DNA of 64,000 nucleotides from Methanomassiliicoccales archaeon (lineage in GTDB: Archaea > Thermoplasmatota > Thermoplasmata > Methanomassiliicoccales > JACIVX01). The notes under the pieces are model-generated. The model was given only the letters and a program-made list of their open reading frames with translations, had not been told where the DNA came from and did not search any database. The position numbers were made by a program, and so were the translations under genes. Shown here piece after piece: positions 49,127 through 58,323 of the stretch. Numbering within the stretch: position 1 is the first letter of the stretch; each line of letters starts with the position of its first letter. Location of the stretch: contig JAWCLO010000010.1 of assembly GCA_038850735.1 (NCBI GenBank), positions 4,117-68,116 of the forward strand, in the 5' to 3' direction.

Positions 49127-50072
49127 TAAGAAGCAACTGATATGAGAAGGATAGTACGAACATGAAAAGGGCAGGACGGACAAATCTGTATGGGTCATTG
49201 CGATCAAATAATGTCTTCGCTATTTTTACTGAGATCGGAATTGTGATGAGTGTTATGGTATAAATGAGATGAATATGAATAGCCAGGAATATGGAAGTGC
49301 AGTAGACTGCAACCATCATCAGAATCACAATCTTTGATGTTCTTTTAAGGCCTAACCTAACGCATAGATCCCTCTCCCCAGCGTTTACGTGCGCTTCATA
49401 TCCATTCATTTCATCAACTATTCGCATTGTCATCATTAATAAGCCAATTGAGATGGCAACGAGAAATGCGTCCTCACTAAGGCTGCTGGTTAGGACGAAA
49501 AAAGAAAAGAAGGAAATCATAAAAAAAGACAGGAATACATCGACTTCTCCAAGCCCACGCGCACCAAGATTCAATGGCGGGGCTGTATAGAAATAACTCA
49601 GAAAAAAAGCAACCAAACCCAGCACTATTACAATTATTCCGCCTTTGATGATAATAGGAATCGAAAGGAGAATCGCGAAGCTTGCGAGCATCGCCATTAT
49701 AAATTTTCCTTGAGATTCTGTTATAATTCCAAGATCAAATGCATTGCCAGACCAATATAACTTGGGATTGAGAATTTCCCTGGCCTTTTTCTCAAATTCC
49801 TTATTGCTAGAGAAGAATCTCCGTGAATCGGCCCCACTTTTGTGATCAAAATAATCGTTTGATAGATTAACAAACAAGGACAGAATAAAAACATCCAAGA
49901 CAATAAAAAGGCCTACCATAAGATCATTTTGGTACATATACGCTATAGATACGCCAGTAACTGATGCAAGTACGAAAGGAAGGCTATATGTGAAGCGAAA
50001 CACGTTTTTGAGCCATTCCCATTTTGCTTTCAAATATCCATTAGTCATGTGCAAAAAGAAGTCATGATGCAT
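49086..50072 (-). CDS. UbiA-superfamily prenyltransferase (MenA-like first Asp motif)
   Basis: NLSNDYFDHKSGAD motif and eight to nine TM helices. The first ATG is at 50072; the ORF track starts at a TTG at 50111. Confidence 0.75.
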   Translation of the reverse strand: MHHDFFLHMTNGYLKAKWEWLKNVFRFTYSLPFVLASVTGVSIAYMYQNDLMVGLFIVLDVFILSLFVNLSNDYFDHKSGADSRRFFSSNKEFEKKAREILNPKLYWSGNAFDLGIITESQGKFIMAMLASFAILLSIPIIIKGGIIVIVLGLVAFFLSYFYTAPPLNLGARGLGEVDVFLSFFMISFFSFFVLTSSLSEDAFLVAISIGLLMMTMRIVDEMNGYEAHVNAGERDLCVRLGLKRTSKIVILMMVAVYCTSIFLAIHIHLIYTITLITIPISVKIAKTLFDRNDPYRFVRPALFMFVLSFSYQLLLIIASIARIFLTSG

Positions 50073-50417
50073 ATTCTCATAATTATTTCGTCGCGTTCTA
50101 CTAGGTTTCAATCGTCAAATGTATAAATTAAACATATCTGATTATAGCAGAATATGCGATTGTTCTGCGTGATAGTAGAGCCTAATCAATGGAATTATTC
50201 AATTGGAAATTTAATGATCTTTGATCGGCTCCAAAGATAAAGGAGCCTCGGGCCAGCTTGGTATTTCAGCAATAAATCTCTATTATCAAAAATGAACTTA
50301 ATACCTTCCAATTCATTTTCATAAAAATTTGATCGAAGTCCTGAGTTGCTATATATAAAATTTTTGGGGCGAGAAGATAAATCAGAAGAATCTTTCCGCA
50401 AAATTCAGAAAAAATTT

Positions 50418-51251
50418 TTATTCTTTTTTGAAAATAAGGATGTATTCATGATCGTTTTTTGGATAGTATGAGACTGGATAACCATATACAAGCCTTCCAC
50501 CAGTGCTATAATTTAGAATGTAAATATTAACATTGATTATTTCAAACCCGATTTTCTTTGCGATTTGAATGTAATCAGAATGAATCGGACACTTAGCGTC
50601 TTTCTTGAAAAGATCTTGAGTGTTTACCACTGCGTATTTTCCGAATTTTAAGACTCGAAACATTTCTTTAAATGCCTTTTTCATTTCGTTCAAAAATTGC
50701 TCGTATTCGTGAATATTGCCCAGTTGCTGGGGATGGTCATGCTTATAATCTACGACGTCAAAATACGGCGGCGATGTGATGATCAAATCTATACATTCAT
50801 TTGGCATCTTGCCCATGACCTCTCGGCAATCTCCTTGAAGAACCATATGGGTGGTTTTTAGAGAAGCACTTCTGAGTGTTTCCTGGATTCGTTTCACCGC
50901 AATTTCAAAGGAATATGGGTTGACATCAATTCCTATACTGTTTCTTTCATTATAAGCTGCAACAACATTAGTCGTGCCCGATCCGCAAAAAGGATCGAGC
51001 ACAGTTTCGCCTTTGTGCGAAAACAATTTGATGTATCTTTCTGGCAAATCAGGAATAAATCTTGCAGGATGTTCATCCCTCCATATGTGTCGTTTATTTA
51101 TATTCAGAACTGTAGAGCTGAGCTCTGCCATTTCATTACGACTAAGGCAATTCAACCGTTTTGCTTCGCAGGAGCAAGTTCTTTTGGTAGGTAGCCATCC
51201 AAACTCTGGCACCGTTGAGATTGGCATTTTAATTACCGCCAAATAATCCAA
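50418..51251 (-). CDS. DNA methyltransferase with SPPY catalytic motif (N4-cytosine or N6-adenine) and permuted motif order
   Basis: EHPARFIPDLPERYIKLFSHKGETVLDPFCGSGTT (motifs X/I) precedes GDCREVMGKMPNECIDLIITSPPYF (motif IV). The protein ends with HEYILIFKK. Confidence 0.85.
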   Translation of the reverse strand: MDYLAVIKMPISTVPEFGWLPTKRTCSCEAKRLNCLSRNEMAELSSTVLNINKRHIWRDEHPARFIPDLPERYIKLFSHKGETVLDPFCGSGTTNVVAAYNERNSIGIDVNPYSFEIAVKRIQETLRSASLKTTHMVLQGDCREVMGKMPNECIDLIITSPPYFDVVDYKHDHPQQLGNIHEYEQFLNEMKKAFKEMFRVLKFGKYAVVNTQDLFKKDAKCPIHSDYIQIAKKIGFEIINVNIYILNYSTGGRLVYGYPVSYYPKNDHEYILIFKKE

Positions 51252-51516
51252 ATCGCTTTATTTCATGCTTATTATTGCTCAAGACTCAATAAAGTCTCAA
51301 TTAATCGAAAGTGAAATGGTTTCAAAATTATTGAATTATTATTTCGATATTTTCATGCTATTTTTCGAATATCTTCAAAAATACCGCGTTTTTTCAGCTA
51401 ATATAACAGTAGATTTAATTTCTTCTTTTCAAAAATTACAAATAATTCAATGATATTTCCGAACAGACATATTGACATGCTAATACATGGCATTGCAATC
51501 AATAAGGAGGTATTAA

Positions 51517-53184
51517 ATGGCCGTTATCGAAAATGCAAGATCAACAACGGGTACGAAAACCCGAGTATCAGATGTGAGTCCGCTTAGCGGAATGTGTCCA
51601 TTATGCATCGAGGAATGTCAAACATTATGCGAAGTCGGAAAATCTGCGTTCAGAGGTCGCGAAGTACTTTATCCCAGTCCAGAATATTTTGGCGTAAGTA
51701 CAGCCGCCTCTAATAAGGATTTTATGTTGGATTGGTCGCATTTCCAGATACTCTCTGAATTGATAGGTGCGTGGGGAATTGAACCTATTCCTGACAAGGC
51801 ATTTTTCGAAAATGCTGATATCACGACAAGTGTGGCTACAAAATCGAGTAAGCCTATAAAACTGAAAATTCCTGTGACTGTTGCTGGACTCGGATCGACG
51901 GCAGTTGCAAAGAGGAACTGGGATGGGTTGGCAAAAGGAGCGGCGATTGCAGGAACAATACTTGTGATCGGAGAAAATGTTTGTGGCATGGATCCTGATG
52001 CCAAATATTCTAATGGCAGGGTTGTAAATTCTCCAGATTTGAGTAGTAGAATCCGGGCCTATAGGGAATTATGGGATGGCAAGCATGGAGACATCGCAGT
52101 GCAAACGAATGTGGAGGATCAGCGTGGCGGAGTAGATGATTACGCCTTATCGAAACTTGAGGTTAACATAATCGAGAGAAAATGGGGCCAAGGAGCAAAA
52201 TCAATTGGTGGGGAGGTAAGACTCACTTCGATTGAACGAGCGATAGAGCTAAAAAGACGTGGATATATTGTTGTGCCAGATCCAGAGGACAAAAACGTCC
52301 AGGAAGCGTTCAAGGCTGGCGCGTTCAAGACGTTCGAGAGACATAGCAGAGTAGGATTTCCAGATGCCAGAACTTTCATAGAGGATGTTGAAAAGCTTCG
52401 AGAAAGAGGCGCGAAATATGTATTCCTTAAAACAGGTGCTTACAGGCCAGAAGTCGTCGCATTCACAATGATGGCGGCGTCTGAGGCGAAGATTGATCTC
52501 ATCACATTTGATGGTGCTGGAGGAGGAACGGGTATGAGTCCTGTTCCTATGATGAATGAATCAAGTACACCGACGATCCATCTCGAGGCACAGGTTTTGA
52601 AATGCGTTCAAATACTAAAAGAAAGGGGAAAATTCATACCTGATATTGCGATTGCTGGAGGGTTCGTCAACGAAACGCAGATCTTCAAAGCGATCGCTAT
52701 GAGTAATTTTGGAGATGGTCCTGTGATCAAGGCTATCGCAATGGCACGTGCACCGCTCTTAGCTGTAATGAAGTCGAATTACTTCACTCGTCTCGCCGAA
52801 TCGAAGAAATTGCCAAGAAGTTTTGTTGATGAATATGGAGACTCTCCTGAGAACTTCTTCATCGCGGCTCATGACATAGAAGCGAAATATCCAAATCAAA
52901 AATTGGGAAAAGACATACCATGGGGAGCTGTCGGCCTGTATACGTATTTTGTTGATCGTCTCGGAGAAGGTTTGAAGCAACTAATGGCGGGTTCAAGAAA
53001 ATTCAAATTGCAGTATCTCAGCAGAGACGATATTGTTTCGCTTTCGGAAAAAGCAACAGCAGTTACGGGCATTGAAACGCTAGAAGGGATGGCAGATAGA
53101 GTAATTCCGATGATACTCGATAACTGGGAGACCGTGAATAGTAGTAAAACCCTACGGATTGCACCGGAGACTACTAGACATTGA
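51517..53184 (+). CDS. Glutamate-synthase-related FMN-binding protein (GltB domain-2-like)
   Basis: FDGAGGGTGMSP and N-terminal Cys cluster CPLCIEECQTLC. GGAGGT lies upstream of the ATG. Confidence 0.8.
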   Translation: MAVIENARSTTGTKTRVSDVSPLSGMCPLCIEECQTLCEVGKSAFRGREVLYPSPEYFGVSTAASNKDFMLDWSHFQILSELIGAWGIEPIPDKAFFENADITTSVATKSSKPIKLKIPVTVAGLGSTAVAKRNWDGLAKGAAIAGTILVIGENVCGMDPDAKYSNGRVVNSPDLSSRIRAYRELWDGKHGDIAVQTNVEDQRGGVDDYALSKLEVNIIERKWGQGAKSIGGEVRLTSIERAIELKRRGYIVVPDPEDKNVQEAFKAGAFKTFERHSRVGFPDARTFIEDVEKLRERGAKYVFLKTGAYRPEVVAFTMMAASEAKIDLITFDGAGGGTGMSPVPMMNESSTPTIHLEAQVLKCVQILKERGKFIPDIAIAGGFVNETQIFKAIAMSNFGDGPVIKAIAMARAPLLAVMKSNYFTRLAESKKLPRSFVDEYGDSPENFFIAAHDIEAKYPNQKLGKDIPWGAVGLYTYFVDRLGEGLKQLMAGSRKFKLQYLSRDDIVSLSEKATAVTGIETLEGMADRVIPMILDNWETVNSSKTLRIAPETTRH

Positions 53185-53545
53185 TGATCGCATATGATGA
53201 TGACGAAATCGAAATTCAATTAATTCTTCTTTTTAATTCTTTGGCTTATTTTAAATTGAAGTCATCAATAAAAAATTTTACAGGCGAGTTGACACATCTA
53301 TTCTAAATCAAATGTTTAAAAATGGTTTCGATACTTAATTGTAGAAAAAATTATTATTTTTTAGAGCAATTTGCCGCCTTGGTGTTTGCGCAGAATACGC
53401 AACAAGATTCGGAGGCGATCTTTGATCGATCATGGAATCTAGTTTTGTTTTTCTTGACATTTATTATGATGATTTTGAATCTGGAAACTAAAATGAGATC
53501 AACAAGTGAGAAGACGAGTTCTAGGACTTGATGGAGTGATTTCCT

Positions 53546-54064
53546 GTGGATGTATTTGATGCAATTAGAGCAAGAAGATGCGTACGCAAGTTTAGAAGGG
53601 ATCCCATACCAGAAAATGTTTTGAAGAAAGTTCTCAATGCCGCAAGGCTTGCACCTACGGTCGAAAACTTTCAACCTTGGAAACTAGTGTTGGTTTCCGA
53701 TGAAGATATCAAAAGGAAGTTAGTGTCAGCTTGTAATAATCAAAAATGTATTGCTGAAGCCCCACTTGTTATAGTTGCATGCGGGCTTCCCGATGAAGCA
53801 TATCCTATGCTGGGCGGTTACATGAACAGTTATCCCGTTGACGTAGCTATGGCCATGAATCAGCTGATGCTGGCGGCAACTGCAGAAGGATTGGGAACAT
53901 GTCTTATAACTTCATTTAAGGAAGAAAAAGTCGCAGAAGCAATTGGTATACCTTCAGAGGCAAGGATTGTTGTGATTACTCCGCTTGGTTATCCTGCGGA
54001 AGAAGGAGAAAAGAACGAAAGCAAGAATCTTGACGAATTGATTTCGTATAACAAATATGCATGA
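53546..54064 (+). CDS. Nitroreductase-family protein
   Basis: DAIRARRCVRKF start, then APTVENFQPW. GTG start. Confidence 0.85.
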   Translation: MDVFDAIRARRCVRKFRRDPIPENVLKKVLNAARLAPTVENFQPWKLVLVSDEDIKRKLVSACNNQKCIAEAPLVIVACGLPDEAYPMLGGYMNSYPVDVAMAMNQLMLAATAEGLGTCLITSFKEEKVAEAIGIPSEARIVVITPLGYPAEEGEKNESKNLDELISYNKYA

Positions 54065-54604
54065 GCTTGGAGAGTTGATTTCTGAGACTGCGGTTCCATT
54101 TAGAGTTTTTTTACATTATATCAAGATAAAAATTCAACGTCGTTTGCATAAAAGTTTTATTACAAAATCCTGCAACAGCACGATGGTATTCGACATGATT
54201 CATATGAATTAGCACTTTCTATAAAATTTTAAGAAATTCAAGAAAAGCCACTCATTGCAAGATAGAATGGCAATAACTTTCAATAGAAGAAAAAAATGAA
54301 CCAATGCGCGCATTGAAAAATAATTAATAATTTTGCCCTTTAGGGAAGGAAATGGAGATCATAAGGTTTCGATCAGATAGATGTGTGAATACAAACGAAT
54401 GACAAAATTTTCTGCAATAGCATAATTCTAATGACTAATAGAGCAATTATTTAGCACGAGCGACAGTTCGATCGCCTTAATAGGAATGTGAAAACTTGAG
54501 AAAAGCCTCCGATGAGCGAAAATAGAGAAGTACGAGTGCATAAGACATTAAAAAAAGTTATAGGAAGAAAGACGTCCATCTAGTAAAATCGTTGTAGTGC
54601 AAAA

Positions 54605-55402
54605 TTATTTTGCATCCCAGTCTCGTTCGCGATGATTTGGATTAACCGACGAATTCAAAGTGTCTCTTCTAACAATTTTTTCATCAGCGATCTTAAAAAG
54701 ATCGATACTATTCTCAATGTTTTTGCCCTGGACAATAGTTACCCTAAATCTTTTCTTAAACCTTCTCAATACAAAAAGCAAAGGACTTCCAAGCGTAATA
54801 GAAAAGATCATATTGCCAACAGAATGCAGAATGCCAAAAGGAAGACCCATCGAAAATACAAGCAGGAATTTCGTTGCATCGAGACCATACAACCAAATCC
54901 AACTACTAAAATCAAGCAATATGTTGTAAAGTAATCCAAACACCACTCCAAGTACTGCAAGACCTTTTATGCCAAGGTTTGGAAACCTCATTCCAATTAT
55001 ACCAGCGATAAATCCTACTAATCCCCATCCTGCCATTTGCCACAATGTCCATGGTCCCTGACCAAGAAACATATTGGAGACGAGCGCTGTCAAACTCCCG
55101 ACCATGACACCAGCAAGGGGACCAAAGACTAAACCTGTGGCCATGATAATAAAGGTACATGGTTGTATATTGGGCAATGCAGCAAAAGGGATTCTTGACG
55201 CAGCAGTTACCGCCGCAAGAATACCTATGAGTGCAACTTCTTTTGAAGAGATGGAGGATTCCTCAAATTTGAGGAAGAGTATGACGATAAGAAGGAAAAC
55301 GAATATCGTAGTTAGCAGTGTTGCGTAAAAGCGTAGACCTTGGGTATCGAAAAGTGTAAGGGCAAGAAGAATGACGAGTACGACTACTGAACATATCATC
55401 AA
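54605..55402 (-). CDS. ECF transporter substrate-capture (S) component, atypically long
   Basis: Polytopic, with the PNIQPCTFIIMATG segment typical of ECF S components. It is the last gene of the ECF operon, 265 aa long, with extra N-terminal helices and a basic tail. Confidence 0.65.
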   Translation of the reverse strand: MMICSVVVLVILLALTLFDTQGLRFYATLLTTIFVFLLIVILFLKFEESSISSKEVALIGILAAVTAASRIPFAALPNIQPCTFIIMATGLVFGPLAGVMVGSLTALVSNMFLGQGPWTLWQMAGWGLVGFIAGIIGMRFPNLGIKGLAVLGVVFGLLYNILLDFSSWIWLYGLDATKFLLVFSMGLPFGILHSVGNMIFSITLGSPLLFVLRRFKKRFRVTIVQGKNIENSIDLFKIADEKIVRRDTLNSSVNPNHRERDWDAK

Positions 55403-55425
55403 AAAGTATTTTACAAAAGTCTTTG

Positions 55426-56928
55426 TCAGGCAAATACACCTCCCTGCTGTTCCACAGTCTGACTTTGAGGTATAGTTGCATATAGTTCATCGATGGAAAT
55501 TTCGATAAGCTTTCCATTTCGCAAGTTGAAAATCCTAGTGGCGTTTTCTATGATAAATCGGTAGTCATGCGTAACGATGATTATTGCGATGCTTTTCTTT
55601 TGAAGCGATCTTAATAGATTGCCAAGCATGTCCTTGCTTGATTGATCGAGACCGCGTGTAGGCTCGTCAAGGATTAGAATTTTCGGTTTCGAAACAAGAA
55701 TAGATGCCAGCGCAGCTCTCTCGCGTTCACCACAACTCAAGTCTCTCGGAAAGATCATACGATATCTAGCGAGATCAAGAAGTGAGAGTATCCAATCAAT
55801 TCTTTCCTGCCATTCTTCTTTTGGAATGTTCAGATTAGTCAATGTAAATTCCAATTCCTTTTGCAGATTCTTTTCAATTAAGTAGTCATTCGGATTTTGA
55901 CTAAGATAACCAATGCTCGCAGCTAATTGCGCCGTTGATTTATTTGAAATATCTTCGCCGAATAACTTCACTATGCCCTTCTGTGGTTTTAATAATCCAT
56001 TAAGAATTTTCATAAGAGTTGATTTGCCACATCCATTTTCCCCTGTGATCGCCACAATCTCTCCACTCTTGACTTCGAAATCAACTCCTCTGAGAATGAA
56101 TGAAATATTGCGGATAACTGAATTGTCATAAGAAAACCAAATATCATGAGCGGAAAGAACGCTCTCTTCATGATTCCCTATGTGGCAACAGGTTCTAGGC
56201 GAGAGTGTGCGCATGAGATTCTCCTTTATCAAAATGGGTAATGATTCATTCTTTCCGCCATTAAAGGCTATTTCTCCATCTTTTATTAGGATAACGCGAT
56301 CAGCATAATCGATACACCTATCTAATCTATGCTCAACAAGAATAATGGTTATACCTTTTAATCGGTTTAATCGCCTCAATGCCTCAAGAAGATTAATTGC
56401 ATTTTGCATATCCAGTTGCGACGTCGGCTCGTCTAATATAAGATATTTTGGGCTCATAGCAAGAATTGAAGCAAATGCTACTCTTTGTTTTTCGCCCCCA
56501 GAAAGCTCAGGAATGAATCTGCGCAAGAGATTATCTAAATTGAATTGTTGAGAAAAAAGGGATATTCTTTCTTTTATCTCCCATTCGGGTATCGCGAGAT
56601 TTTCTAGTCCAAATGCTAATTCGTTTTCAACATTCGTCATAACCAGTTGATTTTCGGGATCTTGAAAGATAGTTCCAACAATACCGGCAAGCATCGAAGG
56701 TGGAACTTTCCTTGTATCGATTCCATCAATGGTTACTTTGCCAGAAAGAAATCCACCATAGAAGTGTGGTATGAGACCATTGATCAATCTACATAGAGTT
56801 GATTTACCGCATCCAGATTTGCCGACCAGAAGAACGAATTCACCTTCGCTGATTTCGAGATTTATATCATTGAGAACGATTTTATCTGAATCAGAATATC
56901 TAAATGTAACATTCTCGAACTCAATCAT
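55426..56928 (-). CDS. ECF transporter ATPase, fused EcfA-EcfA' (two ABC domains)
   Basis: Two Walker A motifs (GKSGCGKST, GENGCGKST), two signature motifs (LSGGEKQR, LSCGERER) and two Walker B motifs (LILDEPT twice). Confidence 0.92.
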   Translation of the reverse strand: MIEFENVTFRYSDSDKIVLNDINLEISEGEFVLLVGKSGCGKSTLCRLINGLIPHFYGGFLSGKVTIDGIDTRKVPPSMLAGIVGTIFQDPENQLVMTNVENELAFGLENLAIPEWEIKERISLFSQQFNLDNLLRRFIPELSGGEKQRVAFASILAMSPKYLILDEPTSQLDMQNAINLLEALRRLNRLKGITIILVEHRLDRCIDYADRVILIKDGEIAFNGGKNESLPILIKENLMRTLSPRTCCHIGNHEESVLSAHDIWFSYDNSVIRNISFILRGVDFEVKSGEIVAITGENGCGKSTLMKILNGLLKPQKGIVKLFGEDISNKSTAQLAASIGYLSQNPNDYLIEKNLQKELEFTLTNLNIPKEEWQERIDWILSLLDLARYRMIFPRDLSCGERERAALASILVSKPKILILDEPTRGLDQSSKDMLGNLLRSLQKKSIAIIIVTHDYRFIIENATRIFNLRNGKLIEISIDELYATIPQSQTVEQQGGVFA

Positions 56929-56929
56929 T

Positions 56930-57811
56930 TTAGCCTCCCTTCTTGCCTAGAAAAATAGGTGACAGAAAAATGAAGAGCACTAGCACTCCGATTATATTAT
57001 GATATGAATAGTCACCAATCGAACCAGCTAGATAATCTGTGTTACCATATCCGAGCATGAAAAGGATCAATCCCAAGACTACTGATATAGAAAAAGATAT
57101 CATCATCAACTTCTCAATCTTTGTCGTACTCTTGCGACCATAGTACGTCCGCTTTGTCGTTCCAAAGCCTCTGGCTTCCATGGCTTCGGAAATGGATATC
57201 GACCTTTCCAAAGAATTCATTATGAGTGGCATCACAACCGCTGTTCTCGACTTAATTTTCTTGATGAAACTCCCTTTTTCAAACTCTACCCCACGAGATT
57301 TCATTGAGTCAATGATGTTGGAAGCATCTGCCGCAATTGTTGGGTACGTTCGCAGCGAAAGTGCTAGACTAGTTGTTGTCTTGTGACCCAATCTTGATAA
57401 CACACGTAAAAGTTCATCGGGATGAACCGCGTATGCCAGTATTGAAAAGGCAGTCATTGCAAGAAAAAGCCTCAAGCACATGCTAGTCGCAAATAAAGTT
57501 GATTCAAATGTTATGGTCACGGGACCGAATGAGATCAGAACTTTCGATCCGCTAGAAATGACTATATTGAATATCATCACAAAGATCGCAACATAAATGC
57601 CATATTTGAGTATAGATAAAGCGGATCTCAATATTCTTGCAGTGTATGCAACTAATAATGTGAACATGAGCACGGCAAATAAATAGAGAATATCGGAAAA
57701 GACGATCGAAAAAACGAAAACCGATACGACGAATACCAATTTTGGCCTCGCATCTAAACGATGAATTCTCGAGTCAACATCTTTGTATGGAAAAATCATA
57801 CAGTCTACCAT
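56930..57811 (-). CDS. ECF transporter transmembrane (T) component, CbiQ/EcfT family
   Basis: Polytopic, with an ARG-containing coupling helix (ISEAMEARGFG). It sits between the ATPase gene and the exported-protein genes. Confidence 0.85.
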   Translation of the reverse strand: MVDCMIFPYKDVDSRIHRLDARPKLVFVVSVFVFSIVFSDILYLFAVLMFTLLVAYTARILRSALSILKYGIYVAIFVMIFNIVISSGSKVLISFGPVTITFESTLFATSMCLRLFLAMTAFSILAYAVHPDELLRVLSRLGHKTTTSLALSLRTYPTIAADASNIIDSMKSRGVEFEKGSFIKKIKSRTAVVMPLIMNSLERSISISEAMEARGFGTTKRTYYGRKSTTKIEKLMMISFSISVVLGLILFMLGYGNTDYLAGSIGDYSYHNIIGVLVLFIFLSPIFLGKKGG

Positions 57812-58323
57812 CCCGAATTCATTTCCTTAAAAAGCCACAGGACGACATCCCCATCACTCAAATTGTATTTGTCGCATGCCTTCAATGCATATTCGCCATT
57901 GACATAATACTGCCATCCGCGGCCAGGATTCTCGTTCTGAACTCCATCTATTGCTTCAATAAAATACCCTTCAGGTAATTGATATCTGCGTCCATTCACG
58001 GCGAATTCCCCTATTTCAGCTGCTCTTTCAAGTAATTCTAGAACATTGGTAATTCCTGTGATATTCTCAAAAATCCAAACAGTTCTTCCATTGTTTTCAT
58101 GTACTTCAGCGATTTGCCACTGATCAGGGTAGCTCATTGATGTACGCCAAACGGTGATATTTCCCGGATTTATACTGCCTTCCGGTCCATTAAAATCAAT
58201 GATTAATGTTGCTGAGACCTTTTCTACTTGATTTTCTTCGCCAGTACAGCCTGAAAATATGAGAGTTACTGCAATAGTTGCAGTAACCAGAAAAATTACT
58301 ATGCGCTTTAATTTCATCTTCAC
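57805..58323 (-). CDS. Exported DUF4430-domain protein (lipobox-like FSGC)
   Basis: Signal sequence IVIFLVTATIAVTLIFSGC and DUF4430 signature GRGWQYYVNGEYALKACDKYNLSDGDVVLWLF. Confidence 0.75.
   Translation of the reverse strand: MKMKLKRIVIFLVTATIAVTLIFSGCTGEENQVEKVSATLIIDFNGPEGSINPGNITVWRTSMSYPDQWQIAEVHENNGRTVWIFENITGITNVLELLERAAEIGEFAVNGRRYQLPEGYFIEAIDGVQNENPGRGWQYYVNGEYALKACDKYNLSDGDVVLWLFKEMNSGW

Noticed and set aside
50195-50401. A 68-codon ORF downstream of the methyltransferase gene, considered as a possible restriction or controller partner.
   Set aside because: It starts with TTG, has no internal Met and no nuclease or HTH motif, and is far too short for a restriction enzyme. At most it is a remnant, as noted in the methyltransferase finding.
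53322-53531. A 69-aa ORF with one hydrophobic segment in the spacer before the nitroreductase gene, overlapped by a 106-aa minus-strand ORF (53354-53674).
   Set aside because: The two ORFs are mutually exclusive. The minus-strand one also overlaps the well-supported nitroreductase start. There are no motifs, and the composition is AT-driven. It remains unresolved rather than supported.
54302-54315. A perfect 14-bp palindrome, CAATGCGCGCATTG, in the long convergent spacer.
   Set aside because: A 7+7 palindrome is expected a few times by chance in 64 kb, and no second copy or associated gene was seen. It is mentioned only as a landmark.
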